Of a DNA stretch of 64,000 nt, positions 13,727 through 27,000 are shown piece after piece. Source of the DNA: Marsupella aquatica (Eukaryota; Plantae; Marchantiophyta); the NCBI GenBank assembly GCA_973895155.1, contig OZ316897.1:3115416-3179415 (forward strand), read 5' to 3'. A program made the position numbers and the translations under genes. The notes below the pieces were generated by a model. The model was given only the letters and a program-made list of their open reading frames with translations, was not told where the DNA came from and made no database searches. Positions within the stretch are counted from its first letter, which is position 1, and each line of letters begins with the position of its first letter.

Positions 13727-16700
13727 ATGGCGTCTTCAAGTGATGAGTCAATTTACAGTTCAGATGCATCTTCGCCAGATGTTGTTTGAAAATTTATTCT
13801 ATCTCGTTTGATGAATGAATTACCAGCCTCACAGAGAGTAGTGCCAGAGATTTCATTTTCCTCAAAATCAGAGAAATCAGAGTCTGATTCAGAGTCTCGT
13901 AGGAGTGTTGTGGGTGCTCCGATTTCATACCATGTCTCTCCAAGTAAACCTCTTAAATGACGTCTACTTGTAAAGAAGCCTAATGTAGTTCCAACGACAG
14001 AGACGCCTGGTTCACCGCGAACCCCGACAGATCTTCAAAGACCCGGTTTTTAATGCCAAGAACAACGTTACCATGTAGGCCCGCCCAAAGATCTCCGTTG
14101 GTTTTTCTCTACTCAAATGTTGAGAAACGGTGAACGCGAATTGCCTATTTTGTCTCCTTCAGTACCAAATTCCTTGGATCAAATACGAAGTGGGATCCAT
14201 GGATCCCACTTAGTATTCCCTCGTGGTATTTTGCAGAATCCTGTGCCCGAGTCACCGGTCTTGCGGATTTCCAACCCGAGTTCCGATGGTGGAATGCAAA
14301 ATGGGATACACGGATCCCAATTCGTATTGCGCAACGGAAAATTACCAAGTCATGACGCAGAACAGCAAGTGGGAAATTTTTCACTTCGAAGTCCCGAAGG
14401 ACGAATACAAGTTGGGATCCTTGGATCCCAATCGGTATTCCCATCAATTGTTTCACCGAGTGGTACAACTAAGAACATGGGGCTTCGAAGCCCTTTGGCG
14501 AGGATGTAGTGTGAGGTTTTTGGATCTTCCATTGGACGGCAAGTGCAGAATGAAAGAGGGAAGAGATCTACTGTCCAGAAAATTCCTCGGAGATTATTGC
14601 GAAGTGAGCTGCCGGAGAGAGAGCCCAAAAATTCAAGGGTACATGCTAAATTGAAACTTGTCCAAAGATTATTCAATGGTCAAGATGAGCCCTCAAGTCA
14701 AGAAGAATCACCTAGGCTGGGATTACAGTCTCAGAGACAAGTGGGCGGTACTCCGACTGAAGATGTGAATATCATTACAAGATTTCAAACTAGAAATCTT
14801 CGAACACCTATTACATTTTCAGAAGACTCTGAAGAGAGATGAGAGGAGGTTGCAAATGACAGAGAGACTGTTGTAATCTCAAATGTTGTTGAAGAGATCC
14901 TGGGATGTGAGATTGTTCATGAAACAGTTACAGAAAATGTGGAGAGTGGAAACAACTCTATCAAAGATCTTTTTGTTTTGAATTCTAATTCACTAGAAAA
15001 TAGTGGGGGGGTAAGTTCTCCCGACACTATTTAGGATAGAGTAGAGGTGACAAGACCCAGCAAGAAAATCAGAGATCAGATGATTAGAAAAGATAGACTT
15101 ACCATTGCAAATCTAAAAAAACACAAAATTAAAGATATTTTTAAGTATCCCTGTTGTGACAAGTTTTGCTTGAGGTCTCTGGGTCTAGAGGAATGCTCAA
15201 AACAACGCAAGTATTATTTTGGTCTTAAACACTTGCAAAAAATATTTTGCTACGAGGTTGTATCATGAACAACTGTAGTACTTCTCGTCGATATAGTGTA
15301 AATGGACAACCTATATGTAGAGGAGGATTCAAGAAACTATATTCTTTAGGTAATAATAGATTGGCAACTATCCATGCAAACATGTTTACAAGGATTGAAC
15401 GAGATACCTTTTGTAAGGAAGACTCACCTTCATTTCTAAACTTGGTGGAATGGTTGAAAGATTTTTTCCAAAAAAATATGGACAGTCTTCCCCATAAAGA
15501 GATTCATCACTTGCCAGACAATTGGACAAAGCAAGAGATACATGGAATCTTTGAAGCTGAAACAATGTTGCGAGAAGAACAACAAGTTACATATTCTTAT
15601 TTTTTGCGTGTTTGGAAAAAAAAGTTTCCAAATGTACGAATTCCTAGAAGGAGTTGATTTTCTACTTGTGGTTCTTGTACTGAATTCAAGGCTCTTCGGG
15701 ACAAAGCAACAACTGAAGAGGATAAAAGTAAGTTCCACTAACTATAACCTTCAACTTTAATTTGATGACATGTACTTCAATATTTGTCAAAGTTTATCCT
15801 TAGTTATTGATTTTTAATTCATTGCTATTATATCATTTCAGGAAGGTACATCAATGCCCTTATGGAGCATCGAAAAGTACAATCATTGGAAAGGATGAAG
15901 TTAGCCAAGCATCGTAAAAAATGTTATGATGGGCCAAAAATGTTATGATGGGCCCAACAAGTATTTGGGTATTTGTATAGATGGTATGGATCAAAAGAAA
16001 ACAGAGCTACCACATTTTCTTTGTTGTCCGAAGAACATGGATGAAAAACATTTCATTCCAATACATGTTGTAGGTTGTCTCATCTTCAACAGGAACCTTG
16101 CAGCAAAAGTATTTTTGACATATCCCAATATCCATAATGATGCAAACTTGACCATACATGTTATTCAAAATGTATTGAATACATGGGAATGATGGGACAT
16201 TACCAAGAGTGTTATATCTTCAATTAGATAATACCACGTACTAGGGAAAACAAGAATAAATTCTTGATGGCTTATCTTCACATTTAGTAGATTTGAAATT
16301 TTTTGACAAGATTAAAGTGGGTTTCTTGTTGGTCAGTCATACACATGACCAGATAGATCAGATGTTTAGTAAATTTTTGTCTAGGTTAAACAAGCACAAA
16401 GCATTTCGCTTGGAGACTCTTGAGGATATTATTCGATGAGCATATTCACCTGAAGCTTTGATCATATTTGTGGATGAAGTAGCCGATTTTCAAAAATTTG
16501 TCAATGAAAACGACCAGCCAAATGAGAAGGGAGTCTCAAGTAGAGTCTTGAGAGATCTCAATCTCATAACTTTTCAAAGGCAAGTCAGATTCAAACAAGT
16601 CATGGAGGATGGAAACGAAGAGACAACATTTCACGGGAAACATCTTTCCACGACCCAGGATTGGGGAGATGCAGTGACGTTTGTCAATTACATTCCAACT

Positions 16701-17467
16701 TCAAGAATGTGGGTTGCTGCACAAATGTCACTAAAGTCAGCAAAAGGTGTTGAGAGGGATGATGTCCATGATTCTTCCAATACAGATGGTGCATTAACTA
16801 CTCTGGTGAAATATCAAAAAGCTATCCAGGAAGGTTTCAATTACTTTGACAATGAAGATAAACTTTGGTGGATGAGTTTTTTTTAGAAACAAAAAGATAT
16901 TATCAAAAACCACCTAGAGGAAGGTGAGTGGTTATTTGAGTGGGTTTGGCCGCAACAAAATCAAGGTGCACAACTACTTCCAAGGGTGAGAAATGAACTT
17001 TTTGAAGAAGGTGTTGATCCAACTTTGGTTGACAAAGTTGCTGGACCACAAAGAATTATGTACTCCGAACCTCAACGAAAGCAAGCTGAATTTGGAGATT
17101 TCAGAGATATGGAAGTTAACAATAAGTGGTCCATGATATGTGTAGCAGCACACAAGGATCCAGAAGGCAAGTTGTTTTGGATGGCAAAGGTGTCAAAGAT
17201 TTTGACAAGAACTGCAGACATTTATGAGAGAATCAAAATCACATGGTACACACTGAGGCAAGTGCTGAGTCTGCTATTGATGGGAAATATTTTCCAGAGA
17301 AAGATAATATATCTAATCGACTTCTCCAAGATGAACTAGTTCTATCATCAACAGCGGTGTATGCATACAACTTTGTGCTTTTAAGTACTAATCAAATAGC
17401 AGCAAAAACTAAAAAAATTATAGAGTCTGCTATATTAGAGCGAGGTTCCGCACACTTAGAGGATTGA
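13727..17467 (+). pseudogene. Sola-like DDD transposase (DUF7869-type core) of element A; intron 15728-15841
   Basis: CCDKFCL; CxxC (FSTCGSC); GICIDGMDQKKT; LQLDN..ENKN; SHTHDQIDQMFS. Many stops and frameshifts. Colinear with 49703-52974. Confidence 0.85.
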
Positions 17468-18012
17468 GATTGATGTCCTTAAACAGGTACATGCATCAAT
17501 TTTAGAATTTGATCTCAAATGAAATTTTCTAAGGTTACATGCTCTTTTATAGTTGTACCATTTTTTGGTAAATAAAGACTGTGCATCAAGGCATTGTGTA
17601 ATATGCCATTGAATTCTGATTTTGTCCATATTTTGAAGAACAAATAGATCATAATCTGAATTGTTTTGGTTGTTGAGGTACCTGAGAAAGAATCTTAAAG
17701 TTAATCCAAAGTGTTAAATAATTGAACTAAATAAGTGTTAAAATAACTTTTCAAATCCTTACCATTGGATTGTAAATCTCCACAACTCCCATTGGAACTT
17801 TTCCAAAAAATAATTCTCATTCCATTGTAAAATATCTGCAAATTATCATTCAAAGTTCTTAGTCCAAAGTGTTTATATTTATATACCACATAAATAATTT
17901 AAAATGGAAAAAATGTAATAGAATATATACATACTTGCTCAGTATTGATCCAATTACATGGGTTGAGTGTAGACCGGCGAGAGAGTCTAGATGATACATT
18001 TTGATTGAAGAT

Positions 18013-18324
18013 TCAATCCGATCCAAACATAATTATTACAACCAGACTCCAGTGCATGCTCATGTGAATTGGCATGAGAATGACCTCAATTTGGGAAAAT
18101 GGTGGCTTGTAATAATTCCGCATCTTTTGAATTGATTCCAACAAGGTCTCAGCTGGTTCTGTTTCAATCCTTGAAACAAGCCAAGGGTAAAAAAAAGAGG
18201 ACAATGTGTTTACTGAGGGAGCCAGATCTCCATGTTCCTCGGTTATTAATTGTGGGTAAAATTCCATTATTTCATCACCCAAATATTGACTGGGTTCAAG
18301 ATGGCTCAATATTTTATTGTCCAA
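18013..18324 (-). pseudogene. Ulp1/C48 SUMO-protease-like fragment
   Basis: YLGDEIMEFY...LSSFFYPWL...ILMPIHMSMHWSLVVI matches the C48 N-terminal half up to the catalytic His. Asp and Cys portions are not seen. Confidence 0.75.
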
Positions 18325-18502
18325 AAGAAACCCACTAGAAGGATTGTGTGAAAATCTATGCAGAACATGTTTTCAATCCTCTTTTGGTGCCTGCAAAGAC
18401 ATTACTTTGTGAAATAAGAACATAGTCCAATCATAATCTTCCTCAATATTGAACAAGTTTGGATCAATAGATACAACATGAGAGAACTAATCAAACTAAA
18501 GT

Positions 18503-21500
18503 CTACACCTCAAGGAATGAGCCAAGATCAAGTGCCGGAGCTTCATGTTCCATTTCATCATCTTCATCCTCATCATTGTCGTTCTCCTCCGCGGTTGTAA
18601 TGATGCAAGTTTGAGTGGTCAGGGTGCTCATAGTACCACCAATAGGTGGTTGAACCTCGAAGCTCATGGGTCCTATACCCTCCTCTGTTGCTTCATCATT
18701 CAAGTCCCACGATTCATCCAGCGTGACAAGTCGGGTCCGGATACAATCCACCTGGCTTGAACTGAGCTCCACGGCTGTCACCGGATGTTTCCCTAACAAG
18801 ACAGCGCATGAGGTCAAACCACTCCCCGCACATAAATCAGCAACCCAATCCCCTGCTTCAATAAAATGTTGAATGAACCAATCTGCTAGAGCTATCGGCT
18901 TCTGGTAAGGGTTCACTATTTCCTCCAATGGTGTTACACATTTCTTTGTAACACAAGGGACTTTTATGATGTTTACCCTTTTTCTCATCATGTTCAAAAT
19001 TGTACATGTCTCTGGTCCTAATACCACTCTTGTGATAATATCCGATTGACCAATTTTCAAAAGCCCAAGCCAATCGATTCCCGGAAGGATGAGCATGTAC
19101 ATTTGGCTTCGCCCAAATTCCAGCCTCTACACCTGCGTTACAAGTTTTTCCCAGAGCATTCATCACAGACCAAGTTTGCTGCAAAGAGTGAATCACAACA
19201 AACCTCCACATCTTTGAACTTGTCACCTTGGCAAAACACTTCACCATATCCATAATATCACTCTCTGAAAATGGGACCTCATCATTTTCAGAGCCAGGCG
19301 CATTGAATCCATAAGGAATGTCTGCAATTGCAAGTGTGTAATTCCTTTTCTCTACAAACTTATCCAGCGCCTTGACATCTCCACAATGCAATGTATATCT
19401 GATGAAATTTCCATCAACGTTTTTCCATTGATGGTCACTCGACTCTGCTTCAACCGTTTCAATCCCACGACAACGGTTGTAGTTTTCAATCGCTTCTTGG
19501 ACATAATTCTTAAACCCCAGGGGAATAACACTCGAAGTCAACTCCTCCGAAGGCTTCTCAACCGCATCGGCACCAATTGCATCCTTGTTCTTCTTCTTCA
19601 AAAAAGCTTTCAACTGCAAACGCAAACTTGTTAAAAGAATCCGGAGAAAAGACAATTGGGAGAACCATTTAGGCATTCAAACAATTAAATCTGGACAATA
19701 AATGCGACATGGGATACCCCGTATCCCACTTCGCATTCAACCAAGCAAAAACCCCATTGAAACATCACCAACATCAAATAAACACAGTTGAATCCGAGGT
19801 GGGATACCCCGTATCCCACTTCGCATTCAACCAAGCAAAAACCCTATTGAAACATCACCAACATCAAATAAACACAGTTGAATCCGAGATGGGATACCCC
19901 GTATCCCACTTTGCATTCAACCAAGCAAAAACCACATTGAAACATCACCAACATCAAATAACCACAAGTCAATCCGAGATGGGATACTGCGTATCCCACT
20001 TTGCATTCGACCAAGCAAAAACCACATAGAAACATCACCAACATCAAATAACCACAAGTCAATCCGAGATGGGATACCGCGTATCCCACTTTGCATTCGA
20101 TCAAGCAAAAACCACATTGAAACATCACCAACATCAAATAACCACAAGTGAATCCGAGATGGGATACCGTGTATCCCACTTCGCATTCGACCAAGCAAAA
20201 ACCACATTGAACATCACCAACATCAAATAACCACAAGTGAATCCGAGATGGGATACGCCGTATCCAACTACACATTCAAACAAGAATTCCAGGAAGGAAA
20301 TCACCCAAATTGTTAAAACCATATAAGATTAGTCGACCATTTGAGAAACAAATAGAAAAGTCCAATCAATGGAAGGGAGAACATACCACATCGGACAACT
20401 TCCCACTCCATCTTTTGAGCTCGGCAGATTCTGTTTCTTTGGGAAACATTTGTTTGCAAGTCGCCCAGTCTGGCTGCCCTGACAACTAACAAAAAGCTTG
20501 TTGATTTTCACAAGTTTCTTGTAACTCTTGGCTTCTTTTGCCATCTGCTCCAAAGAGATCATCCGGTCCTTCACTCGCAGAAGAAGGGACTCCAAAAATT
20601 GGTCGTGTTCAATTCCCTGGATTGCTCTCCAAGGTGTCAGGGTAAGGCCCCCTGCAAGCTTATTCAAAGCTTTTGGAATCGATTGCGCTTTTCCTTTTTT
20701 CTTGAGTTTCTTGATCGGTGACTTCTGCTTATTCTGCCCTTTGATCTCCAACTTGTTCCACATCTCAAAGATCTGGTCTTGGAGTTCCCAGACCTTACCC
20801 GACCTAAACGCAATTTGGAAGAGAGGTTCATGCTTCTTCAGGCTTGTGGCGCCCCCTGGAAAAAACCCGTCAAGGCAAACCTCCATCGCACACGCTTCTC
20901 TAGTCTCCTTGGTTTTTGCCATACCTCTGGCAAGGAAAATCTTATGCATTGTTCGGATTTGATCAATGTTGTTCATTTTTTTCCTGTACTCCTGATCAAT
21001 ATTATGTTGGATGCTAAGTTTCTGAATGTCCTCCCTTGTGAGACCAGCATACACCCAAGCTTGGAGTTCATTGAAGATCTCTCTCCCATAAGCCTGATAC
21101 AATTCTCTCTTAGCCCGAGCACCGTGATTACCTCCAATCACTCGATATCTCCAGCTCGTTGCCTTTTTTGGGTCCCAGTCTGTCACTGTCGGGCAGTCTT
21201 CGGGGATCACAAACAAGACAAATGCGGTGGTGAAATTTGTTGGATTCATTTTCATCAAAGTCTTGATGTTCTCCACATGCAACCGATCTACTATTCGAAC
21301 CAACGTTGAGTTCTCATCGTCAATATCATCAACAAGAAGCAGGTTAATTGTTTTTAGAATAACCGTTGTCTTCTGAACTCTCTTGGTCTCTATCAACCGA
21401 GACACTTCTTCGCGAACCACAAGTGTCTCTTCCCGCTGCAAATCTATGGTGATATCTGTTGAATCATTCTTCTTTTCTTTCACAGCACCCCTAGATGATA

Positions 21501-22146
21501 GAGAAGGCCCACCTAACGAAGTTGAAGGAATCTGAGATGGTGTCTGTGAAATTGGTGGGACCAAAGATGAGACAACACTTCCGGGTGCAGATGGTGCGCG
21601 CTTCTGGATGTCACATCGATCCAGTTTCTTCTTGCCAGCAGCTTCTCTTGACACCGTTGCTTTAGAACCTTCCCCGGAGAGTTGATCTGCAAGCTTCCTC
21701 TTTGCCGGTTCTTTAAAAGAAACTGTGGCAGATTTCTCCTTTGTGGAGGGTGTTCCAGACATCTCCCCTGACTTCAAAGCCGAATCGGTAGGCTTCGTCA
21801 CTTTCAACTTCAGAGGACGCTCTTTGATGCCAAAGTTGGCTCCAATGACGGACCTATATGCTACCTTGGTAAAATGCTCAACAACCCTCCAAAACTTCAA
21901 GACAAATTTCAAACACCAATAAGAAAAGTCCTCAATCTCCGGCACTTCCAAAATTAGCTTGCAGATCGGGTCATCAGGAAATGTGTTCATCGAGACCCGA
22001 TCGAGTTTCTCGTAGTTGAGGACAACTACAGTGAAGGCATTGTTCAGAAGAATGCAAAGGTAGTACATTGGAATCTTCTTCAGCTATTTGGTTTTTGCGT
22101 TGGTGATATCTGCCTCCCCAGTGTCCACGACTAATCCATAATGGCG
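18503..22146 (-). pseudogene. ParB-like + beta-class DNA amino-methyltransferase (N6A/N4C) fusion gene of element A; intron 19614-20386
   Basis: ParB-like segment VRIVDRLHVENIK...YRVIGGNHGARA; MTase motif IV AIADIPYG precedes NPYQKP...WVADLCAGSG (motif I). A phase-0 intron (GTATGT...GCAG) joins LSDV|LKAF. Frameshifts near 20485 and 18975; 5' end deleted. Confidence 0.85.
19709..20279. repeat. 90-bp tandem array (6+ units), each unit with a GGGATAC-N3-GTATCCC palindrome, inside the ParB-MTase intron
   Basis: Palindromes start at 19711, 19801, 19891, 19981, 20071, 20161 and 20250. Confidence 0.95.
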
Positions 22147-22233
22147 GTATCCCACTTCACATCCAACATCGACAATTGCCGAGAATCTGATGCAAAGAAC
22201 AAAAAATAGGGAGTTGAATGCGAAATGGGATAC

Positions 22234-22583
22234 GGGGTTAGCATTTCATTTACTTCCTCAAACTGGCTTCTTGCTAGTCTAAGAATACTCCAGACTCGTG
22301 TACAAATTACGAGCTGGTTCCATTTCTTGGAGGTGCATCCAAGCCACACCACTGTTTTTAATTGCATCAATCTTTCATCAGCTAGGGTCTTGGAAGAAGC
22401 AAATTCATCCTCTATACAACAAACTTTCAAAATGGGCCAAATGAACGTTTCAACCATCTCATCAAGAAGTCCATCCAAAAGCAATCTGGATTCCCTTTGG
22501 CCACTTTTCTGTTGAATTTGTTTCTTCTCTTTGTCGAATGACATCACTAACCTTGTAAAGACAGGGTTCTCAGTGACGGCCAT
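22234..22583 (-). pseudogene. F-box-like cargo ORF of element A (3' truncated)
   Basis: LLDGLLDEMVETFIWPIL...LGCTSKKWNQLV...VW; homologous to 57946-58494. Confidence 0.55.
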
Positions 22584-23113
22584 TCCAAAATAAGAGTGGA
22601 TACTTGGAGTAATAAATGAGATGGTGAGCTCTTTATCAGAAACCTACAAAACAGTGATGGAAAAACTGATTTTATTTCTTTGATCAAAAGAAAAATATAT
22701 TCATAAATTTTTTGACCCAAGAACGTTCCAATCAAACGAACCCAAGGATCTTCGTTCCAAATCCGACAACACAAATATGCCAATCGATGATATTTGTTTC
22801 GGGCATCACGACAATAATTACAAGAAGAATTAACAAAGTGCAGACAACCACTCAAACATATCCTCGACCGAATCGGAACTCCGTCTTCATTTTTTTCACA
22901 AAACTCTATTCGGAGTGGATTCAAACTATCATGTGGATCCACGCCTCCCGTCCATAGCGCTCCTAATCCAGGACGGAGAACTTTGAGTGCAACTAATCGC
23001 TTATACAATCGACGAGCATGTTTCTCACGGTTTTGATTCTGGACCGCCAATAGACTCACAAGAGAAAATATCGTTTTTCCACGAAAGCAAAAGTTTGAGT
23101 CGGTGTCAGTCAC
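22547..23113 (-). CDS. Cys-rich cargo ORF of unknown function (ORF-X)
   Basis: HARRLYKRLVALKVLRPGLGALWTGGVDP...CLSGC...CNYC; a frameshifted homolog sits at the same position in element B (about 58650-59050). Confidence 0.6.
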   Translation of the reverse strand: MTDTDSNFCFRGKTIFSLVSLLAVQNQNREKHARRLYKRLVALKVLRPGLGALWTGGVDPHDSLNPLRIEFCEKNEDGVPIRSRICLSGCLHFVNSSCNYCRDARNKYHRLAYLCCRIWNEDPWVRLIGTFLGQKIYEYIFLLIKEIKSVFPSLFCRFLIKSSPSHLLLQVSTLILEWPSLRTLSLQG

Positions 23114-24099
23114 TGAAAGGCAGCAAGAGCTTCAGTGCGTGTTTAGTTGAACTTCACCTGCGAAACAATCAGCAATCCATAAGGTTTTTCCCATGCCAAA
23201 AAACTCTAGGGAGATACCACTTTGGATACCCCGTATCCCACTTCGCATCCAACCTCCTTTTTCAACTAAACAAAAACAAAAACTGGACATTTGAAGGGTG
23301 AATCCCAAATGGGATATGCCGTATCCCATTTCGCATTCAACGTTGATGTTTTGACATTTGGAGGCGGGTATAGTAGTGGAGACAGGAAACAAGAAACAGT
23401 TTTCTTGTTACCAGGTAATTTCTCCTGGTAACAGGAAATTGTTATTGTAAAGGTGTACTATTTGGCAAAGTTTTTCAAAAATTCACGTAAGGAAAAACCA
23501 CATACTTAAGCTAAAAATATTCCTACTGGCATAAGACACGACGTCAGATATAAGGGAAAAGTGTGCTCATAGTTGCTCGGAGAGGTTCCAATCCATTGTC
23601 ACTTGCTCAGATTATAGATAAAAAAGGGTTGTCATTCAATTCACTGTTGTTTATATACAACAACATTTCTAAACAGTCCACTTTTAAATGCTTCATTTAG
23701 TTCATATACTTCATTAGTGTGGTTAAAAAAAGGCTAACCATAATACCCATGGAGGAATGGAGTATGCTCAGGCGGTATCCACCACAAAGCCAATTGTAGA
23801 CTGAATTATGTTATCGGAAACATAGGGGTCTGTCAGGCAGAGTGTGAAACTAGTGCCAGGCGCTAACAAAGGATTAAGTACGCAGAATAATGGGACGATA
23901 ATAAAAGCTTATGGAACCATCCAATGGCACTAACCAGAAAAAACAAAATTTCATAAATAAGTTATTGACCAGCGCCCGACGCTAACCAAAACCACATAAA
24001 AAACTAAAGTAATATCCGTTGACTAAAGACAAAACAACATAGTATCCGTTATGGAATACGACAGTTAAGGATAAATCGAGTCCCTCTATAAACCATTTG

Positions 24100-27000
24100 C
24101 GTTGTGCCTCTCCAACACAAGCCTGACTTCTCCAACTGTCAAAATCGGCTGGCTACACAGGGTAGACTCCTCTACATGAAACTTGAAGACATTTATGAAC
24201 ACCTAGTACAAATGTTTACAGGGCATATATGGCTTGCCGCGGGAATGACGACGGAAGAAATCCTCACAGGAACAAGTAGGGAAGATGCACATTTGGACAA
24301 AGTAAGTGTTTGGCGATTGAAGGTTCTCGTGAGTCCGTATTCTGAATTGTTTCCCAAAAGCAATTCCACTAATCACATCCCACTCTCCATCCAGAGTCAT
24401 AGTTTCTTTTCAAGCCGACTCCATTCGTTTACTGTGAGCCACAGTTAGATTAGAGCGAGGTCTGGAGTTCCTCCCATTCCTGCTACGAAGGCGCACGTTG
24501 GGCTCCGCAAAATTGATTTTCTCTGGAAATGTGTTACCATTGATTCTCAAGTCGAATGCAAATGGTGCAATTCAAGTTCGAGAGGTCGCAGCTGTTTGGA
24601 CCATAGAGACTCCCTACGCTTGAAGGTACTCTATCTAGCCAGGTGAGAGGTTTGTTCCTTTCACAACTGGCAGGATGTCCAGCACAGGAGGAAGGCGTTC
24701 AACACCACGACGTGGGTAGCTCTTGTAGCATGTGCTGTTTGGGCAGATTCATATCATTTCGGCAATGGGAGTTCCTCTGAAAATGCGATGTCCGCTAACA
24801 ACAATGCCGACAACACTGGCAGCAGAATGGAACCCTATTTTCTTGACACAATTTCGACACTCATCTCTGTCAGAATTTCCATACAAGGTCCCATTACACT
24901 GTGGCCCTGCCCCATATTTGGCCGTCCATCTCAAATGCCAGCTTCCTCTTGGAACGTCCATTTCCAATGGAGCTAATTCTGTCGGCAAACATTGAACCAC
25001 AGCGGGGGCACTGCGTGGTTCTTGAGATGATGTTGTTTCCCTCGTGGCTTCAGGGGTGTTTGCAAGGGAATCGCTTTCACTTGTTGAAGTGTCACTCCCG
25101 CAGAGGTCAGCATCTACTACATTGGCGGGAATGGAAGTGAACTCAGTCTTGTTGAGATTCTTCTGTTTGAATCCTCGAGTATTTGGGGTAGTGATGAGAA
25201 TGGTGTCATGCCGATGGGAGTCTTGTGGCGAGACAATCCCAGTTGCAAGTCCCTTCCTCTTAACCGATTTGGTGACAATATCTCCATTCAGAGGAGAATT
25301 CCTACCCAGATCAAAATCGGCAGAGTTGGAAAGAATCATGTTAGTGGCTTCTTTGAATAACTTGGATGAACCTGCTTGGTCTGCCGAACGGAATGCCAAT
25401 TCCCAGATAGTTGGCCCCTTCCCTCTATTGAGTCCTTTCCGATATGCACTGTAACCCGCAACTTGAGATATAGCCCGATTTTGATCAACTTTGCATGCTT
25501 CGAAGAGGCCCACCATTTTTTGGTTGCCCATGCTTTCATTGAAGCGTGCCTTGACTCAGAACCTGTACAGTTTGGAATGAGGGCACCTTCTTCTGCGCTT
25601 TTGCTCTGCAATGAAGTGGATCCAGACCAACTTTAGTCAATTTGTTTAAGCAGCGCCAGGCGCTAGCAATGTATATAATATACATTAATGTAATGTTGGT
25701 ATTATCAAGTGTTCATAAGTCATGAATGTGGCAAAATTCTCTGTACAGTTTAAAGCAGTGCCAGGCGCTAGCATCGTGTATGATGTAATAATATAATGTT
25801 GGCATCTGTACAGTTAAAAGCAGCGCCAGGCACTAGTAAAAAACATGGCAAAGTGAATATTGTACGCATTGATAAAACTTACCACGCGAATGAAATTCCC
25901 CCACTGACGCCATCAAACGACCCACCATGATATCCAACTCTGCAACATCATCTGTTTTCCTGGAACACAGTTGCCTACTTGCCACCATAACACAATCTCC
26001 CTAGAAACTCGGTACGCCGCAACGAATGATGGAGCATTTCGCAATTTCTCCCACAGTCTTAGATGTTCAGGTTGCCTACCCTCGAGTACTCCCTCTGTGG
26101 AATGTCGATGGAAAGACTGGTAAAAGTGGAATGCATCAGAGCGTTCACGTTCAGGGTCTGGGTGACCCCCAAAAAAGACATTGCGAACGGCAATCCATCC
26201 AGCCTGAGCATTGTCGGCCATAAAATCTTGAATGGTAACCTCATGTAACCCATTTTCCTTACAAACCTCTATCATAATTCTCCATGCCTTCTCAAAGGAC
26301 TCTGTGTCTTCAGCTTTTAGTTCGCATGTGAATATTGTACAAAGAGCTCGAAAGTTGTGATCGTAAACGTGTGCGCTAAAAGTAAACCAGTCGGTTGTCA
26401 CTCGCTTCATGACATCAAAACTCACCCAAGCCCCTTCCAGTCTTCCGCCAGGTTGCATCTACCGTAAGAGATCTACACCAGATCCATGACCCTTGACTGA
26501 CATTTTGAATATATGGGGACGATCTGCTAAACAACCCTGACCCGGAAGAAGATACATTTGGAGAAAAGAAATATTATTTGACCTTTGCATTCGAGCTAGG
26601 AAATCTAACTCACCACGACCAGCCTGGTCCATTCAAACGCTGCGACAAAGGGACGCAAATTTCTGAGGAGTAGATAGAACCATGAGAGACTTCCAAATTT
26701 CGGTTTCTTCAATATCTACGATGTCGTCAACGTTCTCGCAAAGAGCTTTCACAAGCAAACCAGTCGCCGAATTCAAAATCCCAGCCGGTTTCGAAAGAGG
26801 ATTGGCTTCGTGATTTCTTTTTATTAAGTCCTCGGCCATCTTTTCAGCACTCCTGGAGAAAACTTTTCTACTCGGATGGTTATGTTCACCTATATGGACC
26901 GCGAGCTGAGACATGTGACTACAGGTTTTTGTATCAAGTAGGACTTGTGGATACATATAGAACAAGCGAGCAGGGCAAGAGTCCACACAAAAAGGAATCT

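Noticed and set aside
19709-20279. CRISPR-like look of regularly spaced palindromes (also 43385-44160 and 54230-54490)
   Set aside because: The 'spacers' are near-identical, so these are tandem repeats; no cas genes; eukaryotic intron context.
19709-20322. Repetitive ORFs over the arrays (also 54213-54491, 40713-40901, 35826-36449)
   Set aside because: Translations of tandem repeats, lying in introns or non-coding DNA.
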